A stretch of DNA of 64,000 nucleotides, taken from contig NC_043011.1 of assembly GCF_006345805.1 (NCBI RefSeq), positions 65,980,464 through 66,044,463 of the forward strand, given 5' to 3'. Every line of letters starts with the position of its first letter. The stretch's first letter is position 1. Shown here piece after piece: positions 52,867 through 64,000 of the stretch. Made by a program: the position numbers and the translations under genes. Below the pieces are notes generated by a model. That model made no database searches, was not told where the DNA came from, and was given only the letters and a program-made list of their open reading frames with translations. Source of the stretch: Octopus sinensis. Lineage: Eukaryota.

Positions 52867-55800
52867 GTAAGATATTTATTGCCTTCATTTTATATCAAAG
52901 AATAAGGAAAATACAGGGGATTTAATCTTGAATGTCATTGGATGTGATATTTAAATGAAACTGGATAGAAGTTTATATTGACAGTGAGTAGGCGAAAACA
53001 CTAGCAGCTCTGACGTAATGTTTACAATTATTTTGTTCGCATTTACTTTCCACACACACATTGCTCTGAGTTCAACTTCATCGTTCGTCATTTCGGAGCC
53101 GATGTAATCGAGTGGTGCTCTTATCGAAAATTTCAGGATTTTTGCCTAGAATATAAGATACTATTAACTACTATAATAAAAGAAGGCGTTTCGGCGGAGC
53201 GGAGAGGATACCAGTTCAAATGCTTAGCGTCATTTCGCTTGAAGCTAAAATTCCTCACAATTCGAATTCTCCTTTCATCATTTCTAGGTCGATAACTTAA
53301 CAGTTCTGTGTCAGATGTAATTGACTTCCATCACCCCAGCAACTGTTGGTTCTGTACCATGATTGAAACAAATTTTTCTAAATCCAGGGAAATCTCTACG
53401 AATGAAAGTGTTCATGCGTTGCATAATTTTTTTTTGTTGTAAACCCACTCGGATACATTAAACATCATAGTGCTAATATACTTGTTAAATTAGTCACAAT
53501 AATCAATACGGAGATCGTTCAACCAAAAGGATGAGTTGGCAGGAATCACGTGATGATGCTGTCACGTTGTATGCTTAAATGGAACAGAAATTGTTGCAAG
53601 ATGTGACATAACTACGATTAGAGGAGCCCAAAGTAACTTTACCTTTCGTTTTTGCAACCATTGATAACACAATACATTGATTTAAATGATTATAATTATG
53701 TCCTGCTTATTAAGATCATTCAAGAAGTTACCTTAAATCGAATTTCCCTCCATTCATTTTCACCACACAATTGCACTGTCATTTAAGCCCTCAAGATCCA
53801 ATAATAACCGAAAAGCAGCAGGAAATATTTTATGTAAATAATTTATAAAATAATTTGTTTTTAATGCAATATTCAATTAAAACAATTTTCATTTATCGAA
53901 CGCAATTTCATATTGCACGTGTAAATATGATTGCAAACCACGCTTGAATTTTACTCGAAATATTTTAATATTGATATATTACACACTTATGGATTTTCAA
54001 TCAGCTTCTTAGAGTAACATTAACTATTTGTAGAATAGCAGAGTACTATATACTAGCAAACTTTCATTTACTAAAGTCAACGTATAAATATTGAAGCCAT
54101 GAATCCAATAAGGAATTCTATGTCATTGTGTTTATCAATAAGCCATCTCGTTATAATATATATTTCAGAGATATTCTGCTCAGAAGAGAATATGCAAAAC
54201 CTATGCCAGTATAGAAGAAACATCATCCGTAGAGTTCACGTAATCCTCTGCTGTTTTGAAACCCGCTTTCACTTTCGGCGGCTGAGTAGAAATGCGTTCG
54301 CTCGTAGACTATACGATTTGTATTAGACTTGAAGCAAATCGCATAAATATAACTGTTGCCAACAGAACTGTCGTCTTTGTTACGTATCTGTCAAAATGAA
54401 ACAACTTCAATAAAGTATAAAATCTGTATTTCTCTGGCAGACGTGCCCAGCTGTTTTCGGTTCGTTGTTATTTCCTTTAAGAAATAATGATAGATAATTC
54501 ATACAAAATCATATACAAGAAAATTCATGTATGCATTTCATCAAATTATTTTCCATATATAGGAATAAAGTTTGACTGCTCCTCTCTTCAGAGATGACTT
54601 TTCATCTAGCTTTCTTTCTTCCACTTGTGGTTTCACTCTTAACGAATGCCTGGATAAAGAGCTTGATACAATACGGATATGACTACTATCATTTGTCTTT
54701 GGAATTTATTCTCTAGAATTGTATATCTGATACATGTTATGAGAATGGATAGAAATAAACAACTGAGGTTAGCTAATATACGTGTGTCTGTGTGTGCGTG
54801 CATGTGTCTGTCTGTGTGTTTGTACTCGTGTGTATGTATGTTTGTGTGACGGTGACACATTCTAAAAATAACCAATGTGGGCGGTATAAAATGCGTTTGA
54901 AATATTAAATTGAATATGAATGAAAAATATTTTATCAACCCACGTCAAGGCATTCAAAAACTACGGCAAATTGTGCATACATAAAATACTTACAGCCCGG
55001 AACGGATCTGAACTGCATTGGAGATAACATCCCACTATCCGGGATATAAATAACATCTGTAGTTCCCAGTGATTGTACTGTAAAATACCCTCAGCTTTTC
55101 ATTTTATTCCCACGGGGGCCGAGAAACCTACAAAGGAGGGAGGTATGTGTATTCAATATCCACAAACGGTTCTAATGCGGGCAATACAAAAGGAAACAAC
55201 CTCCTAAACACAAACCCATCGAACTACTTCAATCTATCAACGGTATTAATTGCATAATGGCTGTATGAGCTCCAACCTTAATCTCCAGACAAAAAGAATA
55301 AAACAAAATGGAAGTGTATATTTGTGGCTGTCTACACTGTTGAGTGCTTTCTCCGTAAATTTGATGCATACGTAGTTATTACATTGTTTTTATTTTCTTT
55401 TATCAAATGTCATATGTCTTAAATTTACATATGCTGGGAGAAAAACTCACTCTCTCTATTGTAATATTCATTTATATTCTGTTTCGCAAGGAAAAGACTG
55501 AGAAAAACAATTATACGTTGCATCTAAGCGCAACATATGTTACTTTGCTTTCATATCTCCATCAGATCTAGGAGACTATTGTATCATAATCCAAGCTAGG
55601 ATAAACGATACAAACATGATGGTTCTTTCTGTGTTTACTTTTGCCCTCTTATTTGGTAAGTAGATATATCATAAACATTTACTTAATTCTTAATAAGACG
55701 ATCACTTTCAGTATATTTCTCTGTGCATCAATCAGACTAAATACTTCATATTATTCATGTATTACATGCTTATACATGTGTATATTTGTCTACGGATTCA

Positions 55801-55936
55801 AATGCGATGAATGTGTAGTCATTCATATTTAGACTTATCGATATATATCCCATTTTTATCTGCATATATATATATATATATATAAATACATGCATGTGAT
55901 TAAATATAATTGTGTGTAAATATACATATATATGTG

Positions 55937-55970
<34 letters not shown>

Positions 55971-56328
55971 CACATATATATTTGCATAATTGTGTTAGTG
56001 CGGTCAATAAATTGTCATCTAACATATCCTAAAAGGAAAACCACATATTTGATTTTGACTGATATATTTAACAAAATTACATACAGACAAAATTTAACGC
56101 CAAAGAGTAAATCTATTCAATAAAATCACCATTAAGCTTTAACCAAACACTCCTAAACAATTCGGAGTCTCCTGCAACTGTTCTGGACGATCTCTCTGTT
56201 GAAATCGGTGAATGCTGACATTATCCTTCCCTTCACTCTATATTTTTTGTTACAATTTTTGTTGGCCTCCAGTTCTATTACGCCCCACAGGTAATTATCA
56301 AGGTTCGACAGTCTGGGGAGTTAGGTGG

Positions 56329-56434
<106 letters not shown>

Positions 56435-56460
56435 CATATATATATATATATATATATACG

Positions 56461-56595
56461 ACTGGCACCTTTCGGGCTCCGTTTAGCAAATCCACAAGTC
56501 TTTGCTTGACCCGAAGGTATGGTTGAAGGCCTTTGCACATGCAGGCACGCAGTGGGACTGAAACAAAAACCATGTGTTTAAGAAGCAAGCTCGAT
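56461..56595 (-). mobile_element. Degenerate SINE-like fragment
   Basis: The minus strand reads ...TTCAGTCCCACTGCGTG..., a B-box-like head. GC-rich island between TA and TG arrays. Confidence 0.4.
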
Positions 56596-57591
56596 ATCAG
56601 GCAAACATATGTGGCGGGGGCGTGTTTATGTGTGCTTGTGTGTGAGTGTAAGTGTGTGTGTAAGCGTGTGTGTGTGTGTGTGTGTGTGTGTATTTGTTTA
56701 ATGAAAACACTATATGATCTTATGGTTTACCAATAATTTCCTAAAATGTCACTGACATCATGTAATTCGTGGCTGTGATCACAAGGCACAGAAAGCTAGG
56801 ATGGGGCGAGGAAAGAACGATAAGAAAGTATATATATATATATAGGTGTGAAAGTTGGTATGTGTATACATTTATACATACATACATATATATATATCTA
56901 TATATATATATGTATATATATAAATATATATATATACTTACTTTATATATATATATATATATATATACTTTCTTTATATATATATATATATATATATATA
57001 CATACATATATATATGTGTGTGTCTGTGTGTGTGTATGTATATATTTCAGTTGTACAGAAATACAAAAAAAAACACCGAGTGGTGTAGGAACAACTGGCA
57101 GGTATATTAGCTTAATGCTCGGGAAAATGGAAAAGAGTTTTAAGATTTGGACCTATGCTCTTCCACACGAAGGAAGAGGAATGAAAGTATGTGGAATAAT
57201 GTATCTACGTGTCCTTATTTACGTAACTGTAATGCCTTGTAATATATAGTTTATATTGGCGCTGTACTAGTTTCCAGCATTTGTTTGTCTTGCTCACGTT
57301 ACCACAGACTGTTAGACTAAAATGTTCTACATATCCGATTATCTTGAGACGATTTAACGCTAAATTTTAATCGACACTTGTAATATGAATATTTGTAATA
57401 CATTCGAAATAAGGAGCAACTTCTCATTTGTTATATATACCTAATTATATAAGATAAATACGGTAGTTCGTTAGAGTGAAATAAATCACTGTTCACTTAT
57501 TTTTTAAAATGATTCTATGCATATATTCCAAGCGCGGACATATATATATGTATATATATATATATGTGTGTGTGTATATATATACATATAC

Positions 57592-57683
<92 letters not shown>

Positions 57684-57687
<4 letters not shown>

Positions 57688-59559
57688 GGAGTGCTGTTGT
57701 CTTAATGGACACGACATTTTACATAACTTTGGTACTTTCTATGCTGGAAGACACAACATACTATGAAAAGGCACAAAACTACAGTCAACAAAAATAATGA
57801 GGGAACTAAAATCTATATTAAACCCATACAAAGCAGGGCTCACCGACAAAGAATATGATTATATGACCAATTTCACAAGTAAAACTAGCCAATTCTACGG
57901 TATACCTAAGATCCACAAAAGTGAAAAAATAAGCAACGCATGCAAGATAGCTACAGACAAAATAATTAAAGTCCCTAATCCTAATGACCTCAAATTGAGA
58001 CCCATAATAGCAGGTCCCGCATGCGAAACCCACCGCCTCAGTAACTTTTTAGACACCCTGTTAAAACCACTCCTCAAACATGTCAAAAGCTATATAAGGG
58101 ACGACTTAGATATGCTCAATCACCTACCGAATACTATAAACAAAAACACCATACTGGTATCCTTCGATGTAGTCAACCTCTACTCCAATATCCCCCACAA
58201 CCTAGGACTAGAGGCAATCCAATTCTGGCTAGAGAATCACGCCAACGAACTACCACACCGCATCAAAAAAGAATTTGTGATAGAAGGGGTCAAATTCATC
58301 CTGGAAAATAACTTCTTCGCCTTCAATGACAACTTCTACCGACAAAATCGGGGACTGCGATGGGTACACGAATGGCCCCCTCCTTTGCCAACCTAGTCAT
58401 AGGATACCTAGAGATCAGTCTGTATCGTAAGGTTCTAGAAAGATATGGCAGCCCTTTCTCCATCTACATAGAAAACAACTGGAAGAGATATCTAGATGAC
58501 TGTTTCATCCTTTGGCATAAAAATATAGAAAAACTCATAGAATTCCAGAAAATTTTAAACGGACTGGACGTAAACATCCAATTCACGATGGAATATAGCC
58601 AACAACAACTCCCCTTCCTCGATATCCTCATTAAGAAAGCTAATAATATAATAGAAACAGACATATACTATAAGCCTACAGACTCTAAGCAATATCTTCC
58701 ATTCAATTCATGCCACCCCAGACACACCAGGATGAATATCCCCTTCAATCTAGCAAAAAGGATATGCACTATAGTCTCTAACGCAAACACCAGAGACACA
58801 CGACTACAAGAACTAAAAGATACCCTAATCACCAGGAACTATCCACCTTCACTTATTGACAATTGCATTCAACGTGCCCTTCAACTTAACATCAAGGAAC
58901 TGAGACATCCCAAATCAAAGAAAAACTTACAACCAAAAGCCTTACCATACATCTCCACACACAACCCTCTCAATAACGAAGCCTTCGACACCATCCTCCA
59001 CAACATACCCCTCCTAAAAAAAGACCACAGAATGAACACAATCCTCCAAACACACACGATCATAAAAAGCAAAAGACAGCCTAGATCCATGAAAAGTCTC
59101 CTTACACAAGCCCGAATTCACTCCTCAACACAGAAGCCGACAGTAAAAAAATGTGGAAGACCCAATTGCGGGATATGCGACTATCTAATTGAGGGATCAG
59201 AGTTCTCCTTCAAGCAGGGACAACGGTTTACAGTGAAAAGCAACTTCACATGTGCTTCGGAGAACCTAATATACTCACTAACCTGCTCCGGGTGTCAAGA
59301 GCAGTACATAGGCCAAACAAAAAATGGTTTGCGTAAACGAATGGCCCTGCACAGATCCCAGATAAAAATTCCCCAAAACAGAAAAATAGCTTTTAGCCAA
59401 CACATAGATACTTGCGCCAACAAAAAAACACCAAACTTCAGAATTTTCCCCCTCTACCAATTTAGGGACGATACAACCTCGAGACAACGAATAAGTAAAG
59501 AAAATCTCTTTATTACAAAATACAAGCCACATCTAAACGGGTCTACGACAAACAATTAA
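57684..59559 (+). pseudogene. PLE reverse transcriptase plus GIY-YIG endonuclease, two 1-nt frameshifts
   Basis: KGSAVVLMD, FYGIPKIHK, LRPII, SFDVVNLY, AMGTRMAP, RYLDD, LPFLD, CGRPNCGIC and LIYSLTCSGCQEQYIGQT. Frameshifts are in an A-run (about 57792) and a G-run (about 58351). Confidence 0.92.
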
Positions 59560-59684
59560 TATACCTCAACTTTAGAATAAAAGAAGAAAATATATATACA
59601 CACAAATATTACACTCCATAGAATCCATTACTAATCAGCCCCTTCATAGCTATACTTACACCCATTCATATTCCCCCTTCTCTG

Positions 59685-59920
59685 TTTTTTTCTTCTTCTT
59701 CTTCTTCCTCTTCTTCTTCATCATCATCATTATCATCATCATCGTCGTCATCATCATCACCACCATCATCACCACCATCTTCTCCTTCTCCTCCTCCTTC
59801 TTCTTGATCATCATCATTATCATCATCATCGTCGTCATAATCATCACCACCACCACCATCATCGTCATCTTCTCCTTCTCCTTCTCTTTCTCCTTCTTCT
59901 TCTTCTTCTTCTACTTCTCC
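59685..59920. repeat. Compound (CTT)n/(CAT)n microsatellite in the PLE 3' region
   Basis: Directly visible. Confidence 0.92.
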
Positions 59921-60270
59921 ACCCCCTACCCCTTAACTTTGTCACTAATGTTTTTTAGTATAACACCTACGCTAATTCTATAAACAAGCCTGTCAATATA
60001 AATATTCTCCTGAATTGAACTGAGACTGCCAGCCGCCACTGACCATTCAAAATACGACCATCAGGGCACTCCCAGATTCTCCCATCCCCCTTTACCCACC
60101 AGCCTTCTTCCTCTACTACCCTTCCAAGAACTCACAACGACCTCCGACACACAAGTGCAAACAAGGGAGTCAGAGAAAGGCAGAATGCCACTTAAATCTG
60201 AACACTACTATAGAAATATTCTTTTAAAAAAACTTTTCTTCTAATTTTTCTAAATTTAATTATTTAATCG

Positions 60271-60314
60271 TTACAGTTGAAAAGGTCTCAAAATGACCGA
60301 AACCGGTACTGAAA
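60271..60314 (+). ncRNA. Minimal type I hammerhead ribozyme, U3-A8 core variant
   Basis: (TTA)CAG-TTGAAAA-GGTC tcaaaat GACC-GAAA-CCGG-TA-CTG(AAA), located in the PLE 3' terminal region. Confidence 0.72.
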
Positions 60315-60406
60315 TGTTCACTATAAAATTATTTTAGCATTTTCTATTTTTGACTTGTTTTTTCATATATATCAACTCGTGTGTTCCTTTTCACCCTTAT
60401 ACATAC

Positions 60407-60533
<127 letters not shown>

Positions 60534-61291
60534 CATATATACATATGTGTAAACGATTTTATGCATTCATTACGGTTGCCTCAATATATTTTCAACGGAA
60601 ATGAGTTTTGTATTGTGGCCCGAATGAAAGTAGTTATGTCACAAATATATTTACAATCAGAAAGCAAAGGTAACTTTAATTAATATCGGTTTTATATCGA
60701 AAGGCAGTGAACTGGCGAAATCTTTTTGCTGTTCAAAATCTGAAGATGTCGACTTTGCCTTTGTTATGTCGGAGTCAAGAGAAAATGTATTAGATAGATA
60801 CTTTTCTCGATGCAATCGACTTATACCCATCCTCTGACATGGATTGCCTTGCGCCAAAATTTCATATCAATATTAGTTTTGCGTATAAGCAGTATAACTC
60901 TAAAACTAAAAAGTGAACACTTACTTTTACATATTTATTCTTACAAATCATCTAGTTCATTTAATATATTTATTGAATTTAATCACTATGAGATACTTAA
61001 TATTTTTAAATCCGTATTATGAATTATATTCCTTTTATTAATTCGTAAGTAATAAAAAATCACAAATATTCAATTTTTTAGGTGTCGCCGTTTCAGTTAG
61101 TTGTAGCGACCTGGCATTAACATTCTGCAAGTCAGAACTGAAAAATTATGTGGGACACGACTTTGAAAGGGAGTATGTATTTTGGACGACTAATTCCTAT
61201 ATTTGCATGTAAATTAATTATAAATATACATATATATGTATACATACATACGCACACACACGCACGCACGCACACTCACGCACACGCCCCC

Positions 61292-61322
<31 letters not shown>

Positions 61323-62451
61323 ACATAGAGGTAGAGAGAGAAGGGCATGGTATGCGGATAAACAATTATATACCTTACATATGTTAAATATAATAGCTTG
61401 TGTATGAAGAAGAATTCAAGTGTACAAAACGAGAGAATGTAAATGGTGGCGATTTTCAACTGCTGAATTTGTATTATTAAGTATAAATATATTGATATTT
61501 ATAATCTTGGGTAAAATGAAATTTACTATAACTTCAAATACTTTTTCTGGGGCCTCGGAAATCCATAATAATGTTGGTAGATCTACTGCATCGCAATATG
61601 CAGCTCTAATTAAAGTAATCAACACGTATCTCCCCCCGCAGGGTAGAGACTGTTTTACATTTCACATTTACGTGCAGAGTAGTTCAAAGCTGATATGTTC
61701 CGTATTTGAATATCTCTATAATCGCTCGTCCTTATCCCACTTAGTGTTATTCTTTACATTGTATATTGGTTCCGTCTGTGAAAACATGGAATTTAGGTTT
61801 GAAGACGTGGTTAATAATGTTTTCATTATGAGAAAGAAAATGTCAATCGCATTCTTACTACGAGAAATTTTGAAAACATACAGATAAAAACACGCGTCAG
61901 CTACTCAGACTATCACAGGTGTGTGCTTCGACAGTCATAACATTCCAGTGAAACCATCCAATGCAAACTGACCCCCGTACGCCTCCGTTTATGTATATGC
62001 GTGTATGTCTCTTCTATATTTTAATGATTATCAATCATCCACTGAAGACGGAGCCGGTTTCCCACAAAGACAGAAGATCCATATTTGGGATGTAGTTAAC
62101 ACATACAAATTCATATTTGGATCATTAGAAAATTCTTGCGTATTTTTAGTGTTCCACAGATAGATAGGTCTTGTGATGTACAAATTCGCCGGTCAGTTTC
62201 TGTTTCTGAAAAATCCAGTTTATCCAGATTTCCCTTGCCACATTTAGTAACAAAAACTAATGATCTAATTAGTACTGGTATGAATATGAATTTATAGTCT
62301 GGATATAGAAGCTGGATATTTCGAAGCAGCTATCCATGGATAGAGAGACATTTATATCTGCAGCGCAACTAAACTGTATGTCTGTACATAACTTTTGTCC
62401 CTTTCTGCGAATGTATGCATGCATGCATGTACGTATCAACGTGTGTATGTA

Positions 62452-62497
<46 letters not shown>

Positions 62498-62804
62498 CTG
62501 TTCGTGTGTGTGTCACGGTGAGGAAATCATTCTGCAAGGCGCCTCCAAACACAATTGTCTGTGCTGTTGTATTCTATATATTAGATAATTGTCTCACTGG
62601 TTGATCCTAAACAGTATGGATATATGTGAACATAATGCCGTGGGATGAATAAATAAAAAATAAATAGATATGTGTGCATGTTTAACTATGCATGTGCGAA
62701 TATATATTTCACATAAATAGTGACGAATGAGATAAGTACTCAATACATCTAGATCACCATTACATTTCTTCTGAGCCGATGAGCGTTGTTTCTCATTTTG
62801 ACAG

Positions 62805-63710
62805 CTGAATTGCTCAGATTCGATGTCAGTGACGACAAAGCATGAACGGTTTGTTTTCCAATCAATATTAAACACTATTCCAACCAGGAGACTAAGGCAG
62901 CTATTTTATTTCTAAAATGCTTTGCCATGAGAGAATCGTTCGGACATAATTAGGACGCAAAACACTTTGACATGTAGATGTAATTACACATGATTCAAAT
63001 ATTCAATTAACTCAACAAACTGGAAAGCAAAATTCGCCGAAACTTCTTTTGATTTAATAAAAGGTAAAAATGCAAGGAATCTGAGCTCTTAATATCATGT
63101 AAAAAATTTTTAAATACTTTCTTTCCAGGGTGTACAGAAATTATCTCGCATGCGCACAAAAAAATGCACCAGGCTGTGGTGAAATTGTTCTGGCACAACT
63201 CGGTCCAATCGTAAGATATATTTTCTCATAGTTTTACAAGTAGAATTTTATACCAAGGGAAGTCTTAATTATGTATATTTAACAGAGAAATTCATACGAA
63301 TTTAGATTTAACTGGAATTAATTTTCTACGAAAGCTAAGATTTATTATGATAAGGGAAGCTTTATTATTACTTCGACTATCCAGGAAATCACTTGAAATA
63401 TATCTGGAAATATTTTGTTCTGTTGTATTGGCCACATTAAACTGGACTTTGCCAATATACTTCTATATTAACAACAAAATGCAATAAGAACATTACCACA
63501 AACGTTAAGATTGTTGATCGGAAATCACAAGGTCATGTTATCGCTTTGCATATTTCAGTTTGCCAGGCCGGGTAGCGTGTATATATCTGTTGATACACTG
63601 TCTTAACTGTGGCACCTTCTACTAATTTCATTAAGAAATATACAATGTAAATTTGATTTACAGATATTATGGTGGAGATCCGAAATAGCTTCAATGGAGG
63701 AATTCTTTGA
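62805..63710 (+). CDS. Orphan gene module B2: exons 62805-62896, 63129-63210, 63559-63571, 63664-63710
   Basis: Splices in frame to LNCSDSMSVTTKHERFVFQSILNTIPTRRLR-VYRNYLACAQKNAPGCGEIVLAQLGPI-FARP-DIMVEIRNSFNGGIL*. The first donor is GC and the others are GT. Confidence 0.55.
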
Positions 63711-64000
63711 TTCAGCAATATGCATTGAAAATCCAATTCCAGATTTGATTTGCAGGCTTCTAGGAGTTTCGTTATTATTTTGATTAATGATATTTTCAAT
63801 TTTTTGGTATGATATTATTTAATACCACAAGGTACGCAAAAAACAAATGTGCCAGAACATTTATGTTTTAGAGCGCATTGAGAGGAAACAGTTGCAACGA
63901 AATTATTTTGAATTCGAAAAAAGAAATTTCAGACGTTTGTAAGTGGTGGTTAAAATGATTTGTCGACATTTTAATATGAGATACGTGTCGCAATACAGAA

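Larger units (their letters stand above)
57684..60365 (+). mobile_element. Penelope-like retroelement, 5'-truncated at the DKG motif
   Basis: RT plus C-terminal GIY-YIG ORF, then a 3' region with a hammerhead. Flanked by (TA)n. Confidence 0.93.

Noticed and set aside
57797-59559. Selenocysteine recoding as reported for some Naiad PLEs
   Set aside because: No in-frame TGA is needed. The breaks are frameshifts, not stops.
61420-61887. 155-aa ORF with an N-terminal hydrophobic segment
   Set aside because: It starts at GTG with no in-frame ATG. The paralog at about 27610 has stops and frameshifts, and the differences are mostly non-synonymous.
63664-63755. Alternative reading as a 92-nt phase-0 exon ending DLICR
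   Set aside because: There is no plausible donor, the paralog has a stop in that frame, and the phase-1 frame fits the microexon and shows synonymous changes.

Overview
AT-rich, microsatellite-dense eukaryotic genomic DNA. The repeat landscape suggests an octopus-like cephalopod (inference, not verified). There are no prokaryotic genes, rRNA, tRNA genes or CRISPR arrays. Mobile elements: two APE-RT LINEs of the CR1/L2 supergroup flanked by (TA)n; two stacks of R4/Dong-type retrotransposon fragments inside (TAA)n arrays; a near-intact Penelope-like element (RT plus GIY-YIG); Tc1/mariner relics, one nested in another; an ORF1-only LINE derivative; and tRNA-type SINEs. A large tandem segmental duplication (about 16.1-29.9 kb versus 44.8-63.9 kb) has mosaic identity and carries exons of an unidentified small Cys-containing gene family (92/82/13-nt exons). 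The most striking signal is about ten type I hammerhead ribozyme motifs of at least five sequence types, ranging from canonical to degenerate. Several lie inside long perfect or near-perfect fold-back palindromes. At two loci, same-strand ribozyme pairs bracket a long hairpin. All identities quoted are by-eye estimates, not computed alignments.
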